A DNA stretch of 64,000 bases from Pseudomonadota bacterium. Its GTDB lineage: Bacteria; SZUA-182; DTGQ01. The notes beneath the pieces are model-generated. The model searched no databases. It was given only the letters and a program-made list of their open reading frames with translations, and was not told the origin of the DNA. Made by a program: the position numbers and the translations under genes. The DNA is taken from the NCBI GenBank assembly GCA_030625085.1, contig DAOURK010000009.1:1237-65236 (forward strand). Direction: 5' to 3'. This document shows positions 1-10,540 of the stretch, one piece after another (within the stretch, counting starts at the first letter, position 1; each line of letters starts with the position of its first letter).

Positions 1-1192
1 TAAGGCCGATATCCCAGGACACGGAATATACAACAAAAGGAGTAAACAGACAAAATAAAAGCATCCCTCCGACCAGACCACACCATGCAAAAAGGCTGGC
101 CGTGTTTTTGGAAAAAAAGCCACCCTGAGCACTCATTGTTTTAAGGTCAACATAATTGGGGGGCCGGTTATGAATGTAGGAAAAACATAAATATCCATTT
201 TTATAGAAAAGAAAAAAGGTTGAAACAGAGCATAATAAAAACAGATAGATGCCAAGAAGGGCCCCTCCCGTAAAAAAACGCAGGTTCCAGGCCAAAAGGC
301 TCATAAGCATCTGCATGGCATAGATAATTATCACCGCCTCATTATGTTTGAATCCCATTTTTAACAGCTTGTGATGAATATGATTTTTATCCGCTTTAAA
401 GACCGGACGCCCATCAATCAAACGCTCTATGATTACCATAGCAGTATCAAAAATCGGCACTCCGATAATATAAAGGCATATAACGGGGCTATAAATGGTG
501 TTGCCCCTGGTAAGCAACATCATACATACACCTACGCAAAATCCTAGGAATAGGCTTCCTGTATCGCCTAAAAAAACTATAGCCGGAAACGTGTTATAGC
601 GTAAAAAGCCGATTATTGCTCCAATCATGCAAATACATAAAGCTATAGTATAAAATTCTTCCCTAAAGTAAGCAAAAATGCCGGAGCTGAAAAAGATAAG
701 CAAACAAATGCCGCCTGCTAATCCATCCAGACCATCAGCCAGATTAATGATGTTGGTGGTAGCCAGCAGAAAAAACAGGCTTATCGGAAAAGCGAGTAAT
801 CTTAAGTCAACGGTAATTCCCTGCCAGAGCTCCAAAGTGGTATTAAGACCGATATTGCAAACAAGCAAGGTCAAGGCCGCGGCCAGGATTTGGCCTAGAA
901 ATTTCCATCTACAGCTCAAATCCCGAATATCATCGATTATACCGATCATCAGAAGACATATAACTCCAAGGCAAATCCCTATGAGGAGCCGGCTGTTTTT
1001 AACCAATAAAATAAAAGGGACCAAGCCTCCAATAAGCACCGCCAGTCCGCCTGTCCTTGGGATAGGTAAAACATGGACCTTTCTCAAACCAGGCTTATCA
1101 ACAATACCAAAATATTTACCGATTTTTATAAAAGCCGGGACCATAACTGTTGTAAGAAGAATAGAGAAACAGAAATAGAGGAGATAATTCAT
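1..1192 (-). CDS. WecA/TagO (MraY-like, GT family 4) undecaprenyl-phosphate HexNAc-1-P transferase, runs off the left edge
   Basis: Not in the ORF track because it is open at the window edge. Manual translation from ATG at 1192 gives MNYLLYFCFS...DKPGLRKVHVLPIPRTGGLAV...IGIIDD...NIINLADGLDGLAGG...YNTFPAIVFLGDTGS...ADKNHIHH, the canonical family motifs. Confidence 0.9.
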   Translation of the reverse strand, partial: MNYLLYFCFSILLTTVMVPAFIKIGKYFGIVDKPGLRKVHVLPIPRTGGLAVLIGGLVPFILLVKNSRLLIGICLGVICLLMIGIIDDIRDLSCRWKFLGQILAAALTLLVCNIGLNTTLELWQGITVDLRLLAFPISLFFLLATTNIINLADGLDGLAGGICLLIFFSSGIFAYFREEFYTIALCICMIGAIIGFLRYNTFPAIVFLGDTGSLFLGFCVGVCMMLLTRGNTIYSPVICLYIIGVPIFDTAMVIIERLIDGRPVFKADKNHIHHKLLKMGFKHNEAVIIIYAMQMLMSLLAWNLRFFTGGALLGIYLFLLCSVSTFFLFYKNGYLCFSYIHNRPPNYVDLKTMSAQGGFFSKNTASLFAWCGLVGGMLLFCLFTPFVVYSVSWDIGL

Positions 1193-1224
1193 TAAAAGAT
1201 CTTCAGGCAATTCGCCGGCAATTA

Positions 1225-2859
1225 TCATTTAATTTCCCTGCCCGGGATAAATTCGTTCAGTAAAGGCCAAATCTTCATTGTAAATCCCTGCAGCCTGGCA
1301 TCAGCCTGCTCTACTTCTTCAAATTCATAGACAGGGGTAACCAACCGCACCAAAGCCCCATCCGTGCGCTGCCGGATCAAAGCATCCCAAAAGGTAAAAA
1401 TTTTCAATTGGTAGGCATTGGTAAGCACGCGGCCCCGCTGGGAAAACCAGTAATAGGAAAGTTGCCGGTGGTCAAGCTTTTGCATAAAGGCGCGATTGAC
1501 CTTCACCGAACCCTCATTATAACCGGGGGTATCTATAGCTATAGAACCTGCTTCCCTGAAAATCCAGCCGCTTCCGGGAAGACAGGTGGCCGGCGAATGA
1601 ATCGATTCCCCCTTCCTCTGGCTCTCGTAATAGGCCACATAAAAATTAACTGCACGTTTTTCCTTATTGTAATAATCGATAATCAGATAATCACTTAAAT
1701 CCAATGAATCAATAAATTTTTGCTCCATGCTCTGCCGGATTCCGGACCACCCTTCCACCTGCTCCGGAAATTGAGCCAGGGGCTTTATGACCGGAATCTT
1801 TTCACGAAAATTAACGCCCCAGGATAAAACCAGGGTAGCGGCTAAAAGAATTATGCCGACCATACTCAGCATTTTCTTTTTAGCCTTCAGCCCCGAAACA
1901 GATGCCGCCTCTTGATGAAGAGGCCCGACCGATTGAATAACCGACGCTCTGCTGCCCACTTTCTCTAATGAAGAGGGGGGCTTTTTAGATGATACAGCGC
2001 TTTTTTTTGAAGGGCCTATCTTGTGCAAAATCTTTATCTCCAGCAGCAGAACACCTAAAGAAAACATAAAAATAAACCAGCCGGAAAAATCATGAAAAAA
2101 GCCTTCGGCTATTTTAGGGTCCCAAACCTGACACAAAATCCCCGTTAAGCCTATACGCATACCATTAACCAAAATGGCCAAAGGTCCTGTGGAGATGACT
2201 AAAATTATCCGCTTCCATAAGGCCGCTTTAAAAAAATAAGCCAGAATAAGCCCCATTATAATAAGCGGGATTAGATATCGAAGTCCGCTGCAGGCATCCA
2301 CGACCTGAAGTTGCATAAAACCAAGATCAATAACATTGCCTTCCCTGTAAGCAGACATGCCGTAAAGTTGCAGCATACCAACACCCAGTCGAGAAGATAT
2401 CAATTTAAGCCTGAGCGAAACCTTGGTGTAGAGAAAATTCGGCAAAGGGAACATGAATAAACTCAAGATAAGCGCAAAGGCAGTGATCTTTATCTTTTGC
2501 CAACCAAAGTGCATCCAGAGCATGCCCACCATTACCAGCCAGAAGGATATATACAGCGTGAAATATTCTCCACTCAACTCTCCCAGCCAAAAAAGAACAA
2601 GCCCAAATGTAAAAGGTATAAGGCCACACCATGAAGGAACAGAAAGTAACTCAGCTAATCTTTCTCTCTTCTCCCAGATAAGATAGCCAATTACCAATGG
2701 CATTAAATAACAATAGGTAAAATCATCCCTTGCCCAATCATATCCTATCAGCCGTGTAAGTGCGGAGTAATAAATTCCCAATACTAAAAGACCATATACA
2801 CCAATCTTAATCAGATTTACTCGTTGATATAGGGTTTCTAACGAATTCTTATTCATCAT
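1225..2859 (-). CDS. xrtD: Exosortase (EpsH/XrtD type) fused to a C-terminal EpsI domain
   Basis: Multi-TM N-terminal half with the catalytic VVDACSGLRYL and LVNGMRI motifs. C-terminal EpsI with IHSPATCLPGSGW and RTDGALVRL. VPLPA-type CTERM targets lie in the same window. Confidence 0.88.
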   Translation of the reverse strand: MMNKNSLETLYQRVNLIKIGVYGLLVLGIYYSALTRLIGYDWARDDFTYCYLMPLVIGYLIWEKRERLAELLSVPSWCGLIPFTFGLVLFWLGELSGEYFTLYISFWLVMVGMLWMHFGWQKIKITAFALILSLFMFPLPNFLYTKVSLRLKLISSRLGVGMLQLYGMSAYREGNVIDLGFMQLQVVDACSGLRYLIPLIIMGLILAYFFKAALWKRIILVISTGPLAILVNGMRIGLTGILCQVWDPKIAEGFFHDFSGWFIFMFSLGVLLLEIKILHKIGPSKKSAVSSKKPPSSLEKVGSRASVIQSVGPLHQEAASVSGLKAKKKMLSMVGIILLAATLVLSWGVNFREKIPVIKPLAQFPEQVEGWSGIRQSMEQKFIDSLDLSDYLIIDYYNKEKRAVNFYVAYYESQRKGESIHSPATCLPGSGWIFREAGSIAIDTPGYNEGSVKVNRAFMQKLDHRQLSYYWFSQRGRVLTNAYQLKIFTFWDALIRQRTDGALVRLVTPVYEFEEVEQADARLQGFTMKIWPLLNEFIPGREIK

Positions 2860-2911
2860 TTATTATCCTTGCGGTTTACTATTATCCGAAAATACCCTAT
2901 TAGCTTCTTTG

Positions 2912-4870
2912 TTATATTATAGTTATCTTTGTAGTAAAGCTTGAGGTTCCGCTTATCTTGGCACTAAATACCAAAGAATTTGTTTTTTCTAAAGAGTTGA
3001 AGCTAGGTGAATGCCATCCCATAAGGGGGGACAATGAGCCATGAAAGAGGTTGGCCTGCATTTTATTATCTGCTTCCAGCAATACTGTGCTAGTTTTTAA
3101 AGAAAAAAGGTATGTGCAATCTCCTTGATGGGTAACATTGACATCAGGATGGAGATGAAAACATTGTGTAACTTTATGCTCTTTGCAGCATCTTAAAGTA
3201 TCTGCTATGGTAAAGGAATAATGGCCTTTATCATAGATAACCTCTCTTTTATGGATAACCGGATCTGGTAATCGACTATATCCGCTATGCTCAGCGCTCC
3301 AATAAATTCTATTTCCTTTTTGTTCCCATAGGATATTTCGAATTTTATAAAAATCTTGAAACATAAAGTTTGTTACTTGCTCAGATTGATCTTTTTCATC
3401 AATTTGAACTGTATTGTGGGCAGCAGTTGATCTAAAAAATTGCCGCCATTCACCTCCGCAGTTATAAAGATATGTGCCGGGGTCTATAAAAAAAGGCTGT
3501 CCATTTATAGACAGCCAGAAGCTTAAGACATCTGCGTGACCATGTCCACTTAATGGGGCCAATCCAAGAGGCCCGCTATTTCCGACAAATAAAATTTCTT
3601 GGCCATTTTTCACATGGGGGATGACCGCCAACCCTGCATTTGCGAAGTACGTGGGCTTTTTCCGCCAGCATGGTTGATCGACAAGTTGGGCATATTTTTC
3701 TTGTGCTCCATTTCCAATGAGGAGTATCGTCTTTATATTAAAGCTTGCCGCAGGATGAATCCATCGGGGTTCATGAAAAAGGATAGCGCCAGTTGTTAAT
3801 AGAGAAAGAAAATTACGTTGTTTATCAGCCCACAACTTTATCAATAAACCATCATCATCGTCCCCTATCCTGGGGATATTCCCACCAACATCAGCTATGG
3901 CTACTAAAAAATTAAATGCAGACTGAAGTCGGCTGATAATATCCTGACTAATGGCTTCACCATATTCTTTTGAAACCAGGTAATAGATAAGGAAATGTTC
4001 AACTACAAAAAGAAGATAGGGAATCGAATGTTCAAAACTACTGCCGTCAGGATAAATTTGCCGTAGTACTTCTTCTTCTAAAATTCTTTTCCCATAAAAT
4101 TTCCACCCTTCCGCCACATTACAGCAAGGGAGCAATAAGCCGGCAATATAAAGCCCTAAGGCCTCACCTAATGTGTGGTTGGCACAAGAGGAAAATTTTG
4201 ATGGATATCGGTATAAATGCCTGCCGTGGAGATAAATAAAGCGTCTAATACTCTGCTGAGGAAGAACCTGTTGCGCCTTTTTGGGGAGTAATTTTAATGA
4301 ATAAAAAAGATTAATAATTCGTATGCCTAATTCAAGGCCACTTATCCAATTGATCCCAAAAGGATATGGATTGGTTTCTTTCCAACGTTCAATTTGCTTA
4401 CACAATGCATATAAATATTTCTCAGACCCCGTTAGGTTATAAGCAAAAGCCAATTGCGGCCAATAATGTAAACGGTTTAACTCCCAGGCCAATCTGATAT
4501 CAATTAATGATTTTGGGGGCCGATACGAAATGTCGCCCCAATAAGTGATGGGCCATGATTTATTAGACTGGAAATCTATATGAAAGTCTATTGGATCACT
4601 TAGCGCACATCTTTTCCCAAAAATAGTAAATGTATTATTTACAAGGCTATCCGCTTCTTTAATTAAATTCGCCATATCGAGTCCCTGCATACTGCACATA
4701 CCCCTGCCCGATTCAAAAATTGACTGCGGCCACTGTAACTCAATGCGAGGTAATAATTTGCAAGGTCTGATGTATCTATCAATTGCTTTTTTTGAAGCCT
4801 GGCCAACGCGATAGGGAATCTCACCCAGGGGCATTTTCTTTAACCGCCCAATATACCAGGACAATTCCAT
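2912..4870 (-). CDS. Heparinase II/III-family (alginate lyase-like) protein
   Basis: Motifs WELNRLHY, GINWISGLELGIR, NHTLGEALG, GHGHADVLSF, FRSTAAHNTVQID. Confidence 0.88.
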   Translation of the reverse strand: MELSWYIGRLKKMPLGEIPYRVGQASKKAIDRYIRPCKLLPRIELQWPQSIFESGRGMCSMQGLDMANLIKEADSLVNNTFTIFGKRCALSDPIDFHIDFQSNKSWPITYWGDISYRPPKSLIDIRLAWELNRLHYWPQLAFAYNLTGSEKYLYALCKQIERWKETNPYPFGINWISGLELGIRIINLFYSLKLLPKKAQQVLPQQSIRRFIYLHGRHLYRYPSKFSSCANHTLGEALGLYIAGLLLPCCNVAEGWKFYGKRILEEEVLRQIYPDGSSFEHSIPYLLFVVEHFLIYYLVSKEYGEAISQDIISRLQSAFNFLVAIADVGGNIPRIGDDDDGLLIKLWADKQRNFLSLLTTGAILFHEPRWIHPAASFNIKTILLIGNGAQEKYAQLVDQPCWRKKPTYFANAGLAVIPHVKNGQEILFVGNSGPLGLAPLSGHGHADVLSFWLSINGQPFFIDPGTYLYNCGGEWRQFFRSTAAHNTVQIDEKDQSEQVTNFMFQDFYKIRNILWEQKGNRIYWSAEHSGYSRLPDPVIHKREVIYDKGHYSFTIADTLRCCKEHKVTQCFHLHPDVNVTHQGDCTYLFSLKTSTVLLEADNKMQANLFHGSLSPLMGWHSPSFNSLEKTNSLVFSAKISGTSSFTTKITII

Positions 4871-4882
4871 ATCTAAAAAAGT

Positions 4883-5641
4883 TTATCTCCTTTGAAAAGA
4901 ACCTATTGATTGTAATTTGGCACTGATAAGCATTAAGGCAAATAAAGGTAATACTTTTTGTCTTTTGATCCTCTTTGGTTCAGAAATTAATCTATAGAGC
5001 CATTCAGTATAACATGCTTGCCACATTTTCGGGGCCCTTTTTACCTTCCCGGCAATGGTATCTAACGTTCCACCAATGCCCTGGCAAATACGGACTGTTT
5101 CAAGGCGATCTTTATGTTGAGCAAACCATTTTTCCTGTTTAGGCGATCCTAAAGCCAAAAAGAGGATTTCAGTATGCGCCGCATTTATCTTATCAATCAA
5201 ATCATCCATTTTGGCATCATCCACATAACCATTGGCACGGCCGGCAATCACTATGCCAGGGTGACGCTTTTGCAAAACCTCCACAGCCATTTTATTTACG
5301 CCCTCTTCCCCACCGTAGATAAATAATTTATATTTTTTCTGTGCTGATAATCTGCAGATATTCTTCATAAGCTCAACTCCAGGCACGCGGCATAATCTGA
5401 GTCCATAGAGAACCCATGCTGCCAGCACTATACCAATACCATCAGGGATTAAAAGATCCGAAGTCTTAAAAATTTCATATAAAAGGGGATCTTTGGGAAC
5501 TGAAAAATTTTTCTCCGGATTAACTGCAAAAATGGAATGGGGTTTATGACCTTTCTCTACTGTATGGATTATATAGAAAAGGGACTCTACCATATTCACT
5601 GGATCGACCCAGAGATTTAAAATTTTCAATCTATTTGTCAT
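4883..5641 (-). CDS. WecB/TagA/CpsF (WecG-like) glycosyltransferase
   Basis: Motifs AVNPEK, IPDGIGIV, RVPGVELM, LGSPKQEKW, QGIGGTLD, EWLYRL. Confidence 0.92.
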   Translation of the reverse strand: MTNRLKILNLWVDPVNMVESLFYIIHTVEKGHKPHSIFAVNPEKNFSVPKDPLLYEIFKTSDLLIPDGIGIVLAAWVLYGLRLCRVPGVELMKNICRLSAQKKYKLFIYGGEEGVNKMAVEVLQKRHPGIVIAGRANGYVDDAKMDDLIDKINAAHTEILFLALGSPKQEKWFAQHKDRLETVRICQGIGGTLDTIAGKVKRAPKMWQACYTEWLYRLISEPKRIKRQKVLPLFALMLISAKLQSIGSFQRR

Positions 5642-5663
5642 TATGGAAGGAAAGGATTTTTCC

Positions 5664-7820
5664 TTAAATTAGGACAACCTGGCCGGTGCGAATTGATTCA
5701 ATAATTTTGAAGCTTACTAAGGATGTGCTATATAACTCTTCAAAAGGGATGACTGATCCTTGCCCTTTGAGTATAGCTTCAATAAATTGTTTCACTTCTT
5801 CTTTTTGACCCTTGTCCTGGGTCATAAGTTTCTTCTTCTTTTTTTTCCCCTGCGCATATAGAGTCAAGACTTTAAAATCTTCTAAAATACCTACACAACC
5901 ATTTACATAAAGTTCAATATATTCCTTGGGTAAGCTTTCATCACCATTAGCAAAGTAAGAAATAGTCCCAATAGATCCATTATGGTATGATATTGAGACA
6001 TTCAGGGTATCATTAAGACAATTTGCCTCCTTCATGGTGTGGGCACACACAGTAACAGGAAGAGAATCGTTCATGTAGGTTAAAAAATCTACAAAATGGC
6101 AGACCTCACCAATAATCCGCCCTCCCCCAATAGCAGGATCTTGTATCCAGGAATCAGCAGGGATATGCCCTGCATTTATTCTATATATCATAGCCATTGG
6201 GCTATTTTTAAAGGAATCTTTTAGAACTCTTGCTAAAGAGGAAAAACGCCGATTATATCCCACCATAAGCAAAGGCTTTGAACCATTCCCCTCACATTGT
6301 GACCGATAAGCTTCTGTTATTTCATTTAGCTCTTGTTCTGATAAACAAAGGGGTTTTTCAATAAAAATATTTTTGCCCCCCAGCAATGATTTCATGACAA
6401 ATTCAGCATGGGTATTATGACGTGTAGCAATAAAAATAGTATTGATACCTACATCCTCTAAAATATCTTTTCCGTTTCCTGTGCATAAATCAAAGCCAAA
6501 ACGATCAGCAACAGAGCGGGAACTTGTGCTTGTAGCTGTCATGACACTTTTAAGTGCAATATTTTTGTTGCCTTTTGGGATATTTGGTAATAAAAAACTT
6601 TGGGCATAAGAACCAGCGCCGATAAAGCCAATAGTTACTTTTGCAGTACTCTTGTTGTTTGAACTCACCTTTACTGGGCTATGAGACAATGGTTTTCTAT
6701 GATCATATTCAATAAGAATCCCAACGAACTTTTCGGATTTTTTCATCATCATATCATAGGCAGCAGGCGCATCTTTCAGTTTGAATACATGAGTTGTCAG
6801 GTATTCAAAATTTATTTTTTTGGTATAAATAAGATCCTGGAAAGCCTGCATATTCCGATTTTCTGTCCATCGCACATAGGCTGCAGGATAATCAATGCCT
6901 TTTTCCTCAAAGTGTGGATCATACCTTCCAGGGCCATAAGAACAAGACATTTTTACTTGTAATTCTTTTTTATAATAATAAGGTTCTCTATCAAACCCAG
7001 TAGGCACAGCGCCAAGAACAACAATGGTAGCTTTTTTTCGTGTTATAGCGCCGGCAAAATTAATAGGGTCAAGAGAATGTGAGGCAGCAGTAATAATAAC
7101 ACCATCGCAGCCCAGGCCATCAGTAAATTGGAAAATCTTATCTTCCATTCCCACATCCGCACGGTGCAAGGCCAAATCCACTGCATTTTTTTCAGCAATA
7201 TCGACCATAGTTTGATCGATGTCTATGCCCACCACCCGCAACCCTGAAGCGCGCAAAAGGAGCGCACAGAGTTGGCCCAACAGTCCTAAGCCAATAATAG
7301 CACAGGTTTCACCAAGCCGCAGATCAGCTTGTCTGACCCCCTGCATGGCAATGGCCCCAAGGCTATTATAGGCAGCTTGTTTAAAATCAGCATCAGGTTT
7401 AATTTTTACACAAAGGTTCACTGGCACACATACTACCTCACTATGTGAAGCAGTTAACCCACCACAAGCGAGCAAATCACCAATCTTAAATTTTTCTATG
7501 CCTTCAGCCAAACCAACCACTTCACCAACACAAGAATAGCCGAGGGGTGAATGGGCATCCAACTTCTTCATAACAGCCCTATAGGTTTGCACAATGCCCT
7601 GTTTCTTCAATACATCAATAACCTGTTTCACCTGTTGAGGCCTTTCCTTTGCTTTACCGATAAGCGATTTTCTCGCAGCCTTAACTGTACTTGCTTCAGT
7701 GCCGGCACTTATTAAAGAATAATAATTTTTAACAAGGACCTGCCCACCGCTTAATACTGGCGTGGGAACATCCAAAATGGCCATTTCCCCTGATTTGAGT
7801 TTTTGTGTAATTTGTTTCAT
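5664..7820 (-). CDS. Bi-domain oxidoreductase (Zn-dependent ADH-like + Gfo/Idh/MocA), nucleotide-sugar related
   Basis: Probable start MKQITQKLKSG at 7820; the ORF-track extension to 8003 looks like a remnant of another gene. Motifs ISAGTE, PLGYS, SCSYGPGRYDP, GFIGAG, EKPL, GRIIGEVCHF. Confidence 0.88.
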   Translation of the reverse strand: MKQITQKLKSGEMAILDVPTPVLSGGQVLVKNYYSLISAGTEASTVKAARKSLIGKAKERPQQVKQVIDVLKKQGIVQTYRAVMKKLDAHSPLGYSCVGEVVGLAEGIEKFKIGDLLACGGLTASHSEVVCVPVNLCVKIKPDADFKQAAYNSLGAIAMQGVRQADLRLGETCAIIGLGLLGQLCALLLRASGLRVVGIDIDQTMVDIAEKNAVDLALHRADVGMEDKIFQFTDGLGCDGVIITAASHSLDPINFAGAITRKKATIVVLGAVPTGFDREPYYYKKELQVKMSCSYGPGRYDPHFEEKGIDYPAAYVRWTENRNMQAFQDLIYTKKINFEYLTTHVFKLKDAPAAYDMMMKKSEKFVGILIEYDHRKPLSHSPVKVSSNNKSTAKVTIGFIGAGSYAQSFLLPNIPKGNKNIALKSVMTATSTSSRSVADRFGFDLCTGNGKDILEDVGINTIFIATRHNTHAEFVMKSLLGGKNIFIEKPLCLSEQELNEITEAYRSQCEGNGSKPLLMVGYNRRFSSLARVLKDSFKNSPMAMIYRINAGHIPADSWIQDPAIGGGRIIGEVCHFVDFLTYMNDSLPVTVCAHTMKEANCLNDTLNVSISYHNGSIGTISYFANGDESLPKEYIELYVNGCVGILEDFKVLTLYAQGKKKKKKLMTQDKGQKEEVKQFIEAILKGQGSVIPFEELYSTSLVSFKIIESIRTGQVVLI

Positions 7821-7849
7821 ATGTCCCTTACTTTGCTGAAGATATAATA

Positions 7850-8170
7850 GTTTTCTAAAACTGTATCCTTTGTATCCCAAAAAATATACTTCTTTAAGAG
7901 TAGGATTTGGTATTAATACATCGTTATTATCCTCAAACTTTTTAATTGCTTCAAGCATAGTCTGTGGAGCCATAGCATAGCACTTTTTTGCTAAACTCTG
8001 CACTGAACCAGTACTTTAATTTTTCTCGGTGGTGCGAGTTTGACTTATTTAATTTCCTTTTTAGTTAAGTAATTGATTATGGATTGTGAACTAATGCTGT
8101 TGTGTGATTGATTAAAGATTTTAAGCCTTTGCATGCAGCTATAATCACGTGGCACTTTTATATCATGAGA
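7850..8170 (-). pseudogene. Possible decayed sugar formyltransferase-like gene remnant
   Basis: Fragments NSISSQSIINYLTKKEIK and SLAKKCYAMAPQTMLEAIKKFEDN...PTLKE, separated by a stop. They resemble internal and C-terminal parts of polysaccharide-locus formyltransferases; this is recalled similarity only. Confidence 0.35.
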
Positions 8171-8192
8171 TAAGAGAAAAGCATTCCTGAAA

Positions 8193-9296
8193 TTATATAT
8201 ATAATATTTTATTATATATAGTTAATAGTTTATCAAAAATTATATCTGCATCAAAATTTTTTACTATTCTAAGGCTTTCTCTTCCCATTGATAAAAGTTT
8301 GCTTCTATCTTTTGATAATTCTAATAGGGCGTTATAATAACCTTCAATATCTCCGGGTTTAAATAGATAACCATTTATACCATCCATAACCAGCTCAGGT
8401 ACCCCCGCAATCTTAGTTGCTATAATCGGCAGGTTATAGCTCATTGCCTCTAATATAGATATTGGCATACCTTCGTTATAAGATGGAAGAAAAAAAACGT
8501 CGGCCGATTGCAGAAGATCCTTTTTTTTTGATCCTTCTACCCATCCTTTAAATTCGAAATAATTCGATAATGAATTTTTATTGGAACAAAAATTAACTAT
8601 ATTTTGCTCAAGTTCACCTTTTCCAGCTATTGTAATTTTAATATTCTTAATTCTAGTACTTTGTAATTTTTTTATTAACGCAATTATATCTAATATACCT
8701 TTTGATTTAATCAAAAAACCTAAAAATAAAATATTTAACCCATTTTTTTTATATTTTTTATTATTTAATTTATCCAATATTATTGGATTATGTAATGTGA
8801 TTACACTTTTTAAATGATATTTTTTTTTAATTTTTATTTCCCAATCTTTACATAATACAATTATCAAATCAGTATAATTAAATACAACCTGACAAAATTT
8901 AGAAAGAAGGATATTTTTACCTATAAAGAAATCATAAAAATTACTCGAATGGACATGAATTATATTTTTCTTTTTAAATAATCGCCCAATAAACAAAAAT
9001 ATCGCCTTTCTAAAAAAGCTAAATCCATGGGAGGATTGAATATGCACTATATCAATGTCAGACTTACTAAGTAAGTAAATGAAAGTAAGTAGAGAGCTTA
9101 TAAATAAAATTAATTCAAATAATTTATTTTTTTCTTTATAATAATTTGTTTTTAATAATTGGAATTTTATTGGATGACCTCTTTTGTTATTTATTGCATA
9201 ATACGTTTTTACTACACTTGCTATTCCACCTTTTGAAGATAAATCAGAATTGACCATCAGTACACTTATTCGCTTATTATTTTTCGAATTAGACAC
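8193..9296 (-). CDS. Glycosyltransferase family 4 (GT-B)
   Basis: ADVFFLPSYNEGMPISILEAM (EX7E motif) and KGGIASV. Confidence 0.9.
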   Translation of the reverse strand: MSNSKNNKRISVLMVNSDLSSKGGIASVVKTYYAINNKRGHPIKFQLLKTNYYKEKNKLFELILFISSLLTFIYLLSKSDIDIVHIQSSHGFSFFRKAIFLFIGRLFKKKNIIHVHSSNFYDFFIGKNILLSKFCQVVFNYTDLIIVLCKDWEIKIKKKYHLKSVITLHNPIILDKLNNKKYKKNGLNILFLGFLIKSKGILDIIALIKKLQSTRIKNIKITIAGKGELEQNIVNFCSNKNSLSNYFEFKGWVEGSKKKDLLQSADVFFLPSYNEGMPISILEAMSYNLPIIATKIAGVPELVMDGINGYLFKPGDIEGYYNALLELSKDRSKLLSMGRESLRIVKNFDADIIFDKLLTIYNKILYI

Positions 9297-9388
9297 TTGT
9301 TCTTTGTCCTTGTTTTATTTTTTTTTTATAATTTATTAACACAATAAAAACCCTGTACTGAGTTGCACTTGGCGCACAAACTCTAAAC

Positions 9389-10261
9389 TTATACGTACCC
9401 ATACTTGCTGAGGTATGGTTGCATTACTGCCTCAATATTTCTCTGCTGTGCCTTGGACAAATTCTTCGCCCATTTGTCATTGGTATTCCGCATCTCAAAA
9501 GAGAACAACTCCTTCTCAAAACGAGGGTTCCATTCAAGCTCACAAAACTCAATAACCTTTTTAAATATGCCCACCGGATCGCTGCAAAGTGCTTCGTAGT
9601 GTATCTCAGTGAACCTTTCTTTTTCTATTTTTTGCTTTGCCTTTTCCATGGCATCCATAAGCATTAGCCACTCAATAGCTGCGAGCACTGCAAAACACTG
9701 GCCTGATTTCCGCCACAGCACCATATGCTCTTTTGTCAACGCACCCCATCGCCAGTTTTGTGGCCCCCTCCAACCAGACCACCATGGTACTTCAAGCATT
9801 GAGTTTACCACTGCCCTTCCGTCCCTGACCACATGTATAAACTTGACACCCTCAAACACTTCATCGATAAAGCCTATCCTTGGCCATCCAGTAATCTTGA
9901 GCAATAACCTGGGCCGTTTACGTGTGAGTAAGCAGGCCATATTTTTCAAAATTTTCTCCTTTGATTTTTTTGTAACATCGGTAGACAGCAAATCCCTGAA
10001 AGGCTCACTAAATCCTTGATAAAGTCTATCCCAGAAAGGATAGGCCTCAAAAGGGACAAATTTTTTTCTAAGATATAATGAAACAATGGGGTTCTCTAAG
10101 GCATACAACAAAAACCTATTCCAATTGGGCTTATTAGGATATCTATGACAAAGGGTCGATAACCATGTAACGCTTGGGTGAGTAGTGAAAATTTGATGAA
10201 AGATTGTGGACCCGCTCCTACCTGTCCCTACAATTATGATAGGTTTGGCAATATTATTCAT
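9389..10261 (-). CDS. Sulfotransferase family protein
   Basis: 5'-PSB motif IVGTGRSGST, 3'-PB motif FIHVVRDGRAVVNS, and YEALCSDP. Confidence 0.9.
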   Translation of the reverse strand: MNNIAKPIIIVGTGRSGSTIFHQIFTTHPSVTWLSTLCHRYPNKPNWNRFLLYALENPIVSLYLRKKFVPFEAYPFWDRLYQGFSEPFRDLLSTDVTKKSKEKILKNMACLLTRKRPRLLLKITGWPRIGFIDEVFEGVKFIHVVRDGRAVVNSMLEVPWWSGWRGPQNWRWGALTKEHMVLWRKSGQCFAVLAAIEWLMLMDAMEKAKQKIEKERFTEIHYEALCSDPVGIFKKVIEFCELEWNPRFEKELFSFEMRNTNDKWAKNLSKAQQRNIEAVMQPYLSKYGYV

Positions 10262-10540
10262 AAACTCCTTTCTTTTTTTTTAACTTTTCTTCTTTTCGCC
10301 GCACCATTTTATTTTTTTATCCCCACTTCAAGGGCATTCTCTCATCTCTGCCACTTTACTAAAAGGTTTTCTAAGAGTGTATTAAAACGGCTTCGGCAAG
10401 GCAAAGCACTGTATACCTCCTGATCAGGGCACTTGTGTAGCATCGCTCACTGTAAGATTAGTCGATAGCATCTGCATCTGCTGCTTATAGAATTTTAGAT
10501 CTGCTTAAATATTTAGAGAATTTTTTTACCATGACAGGCA

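Noticed and set aside
678-1178. 166-aa + strand ORF
   Set aside because: Antisense shadow of the minus-strand WecA-type gene, which carries clear family motifs.
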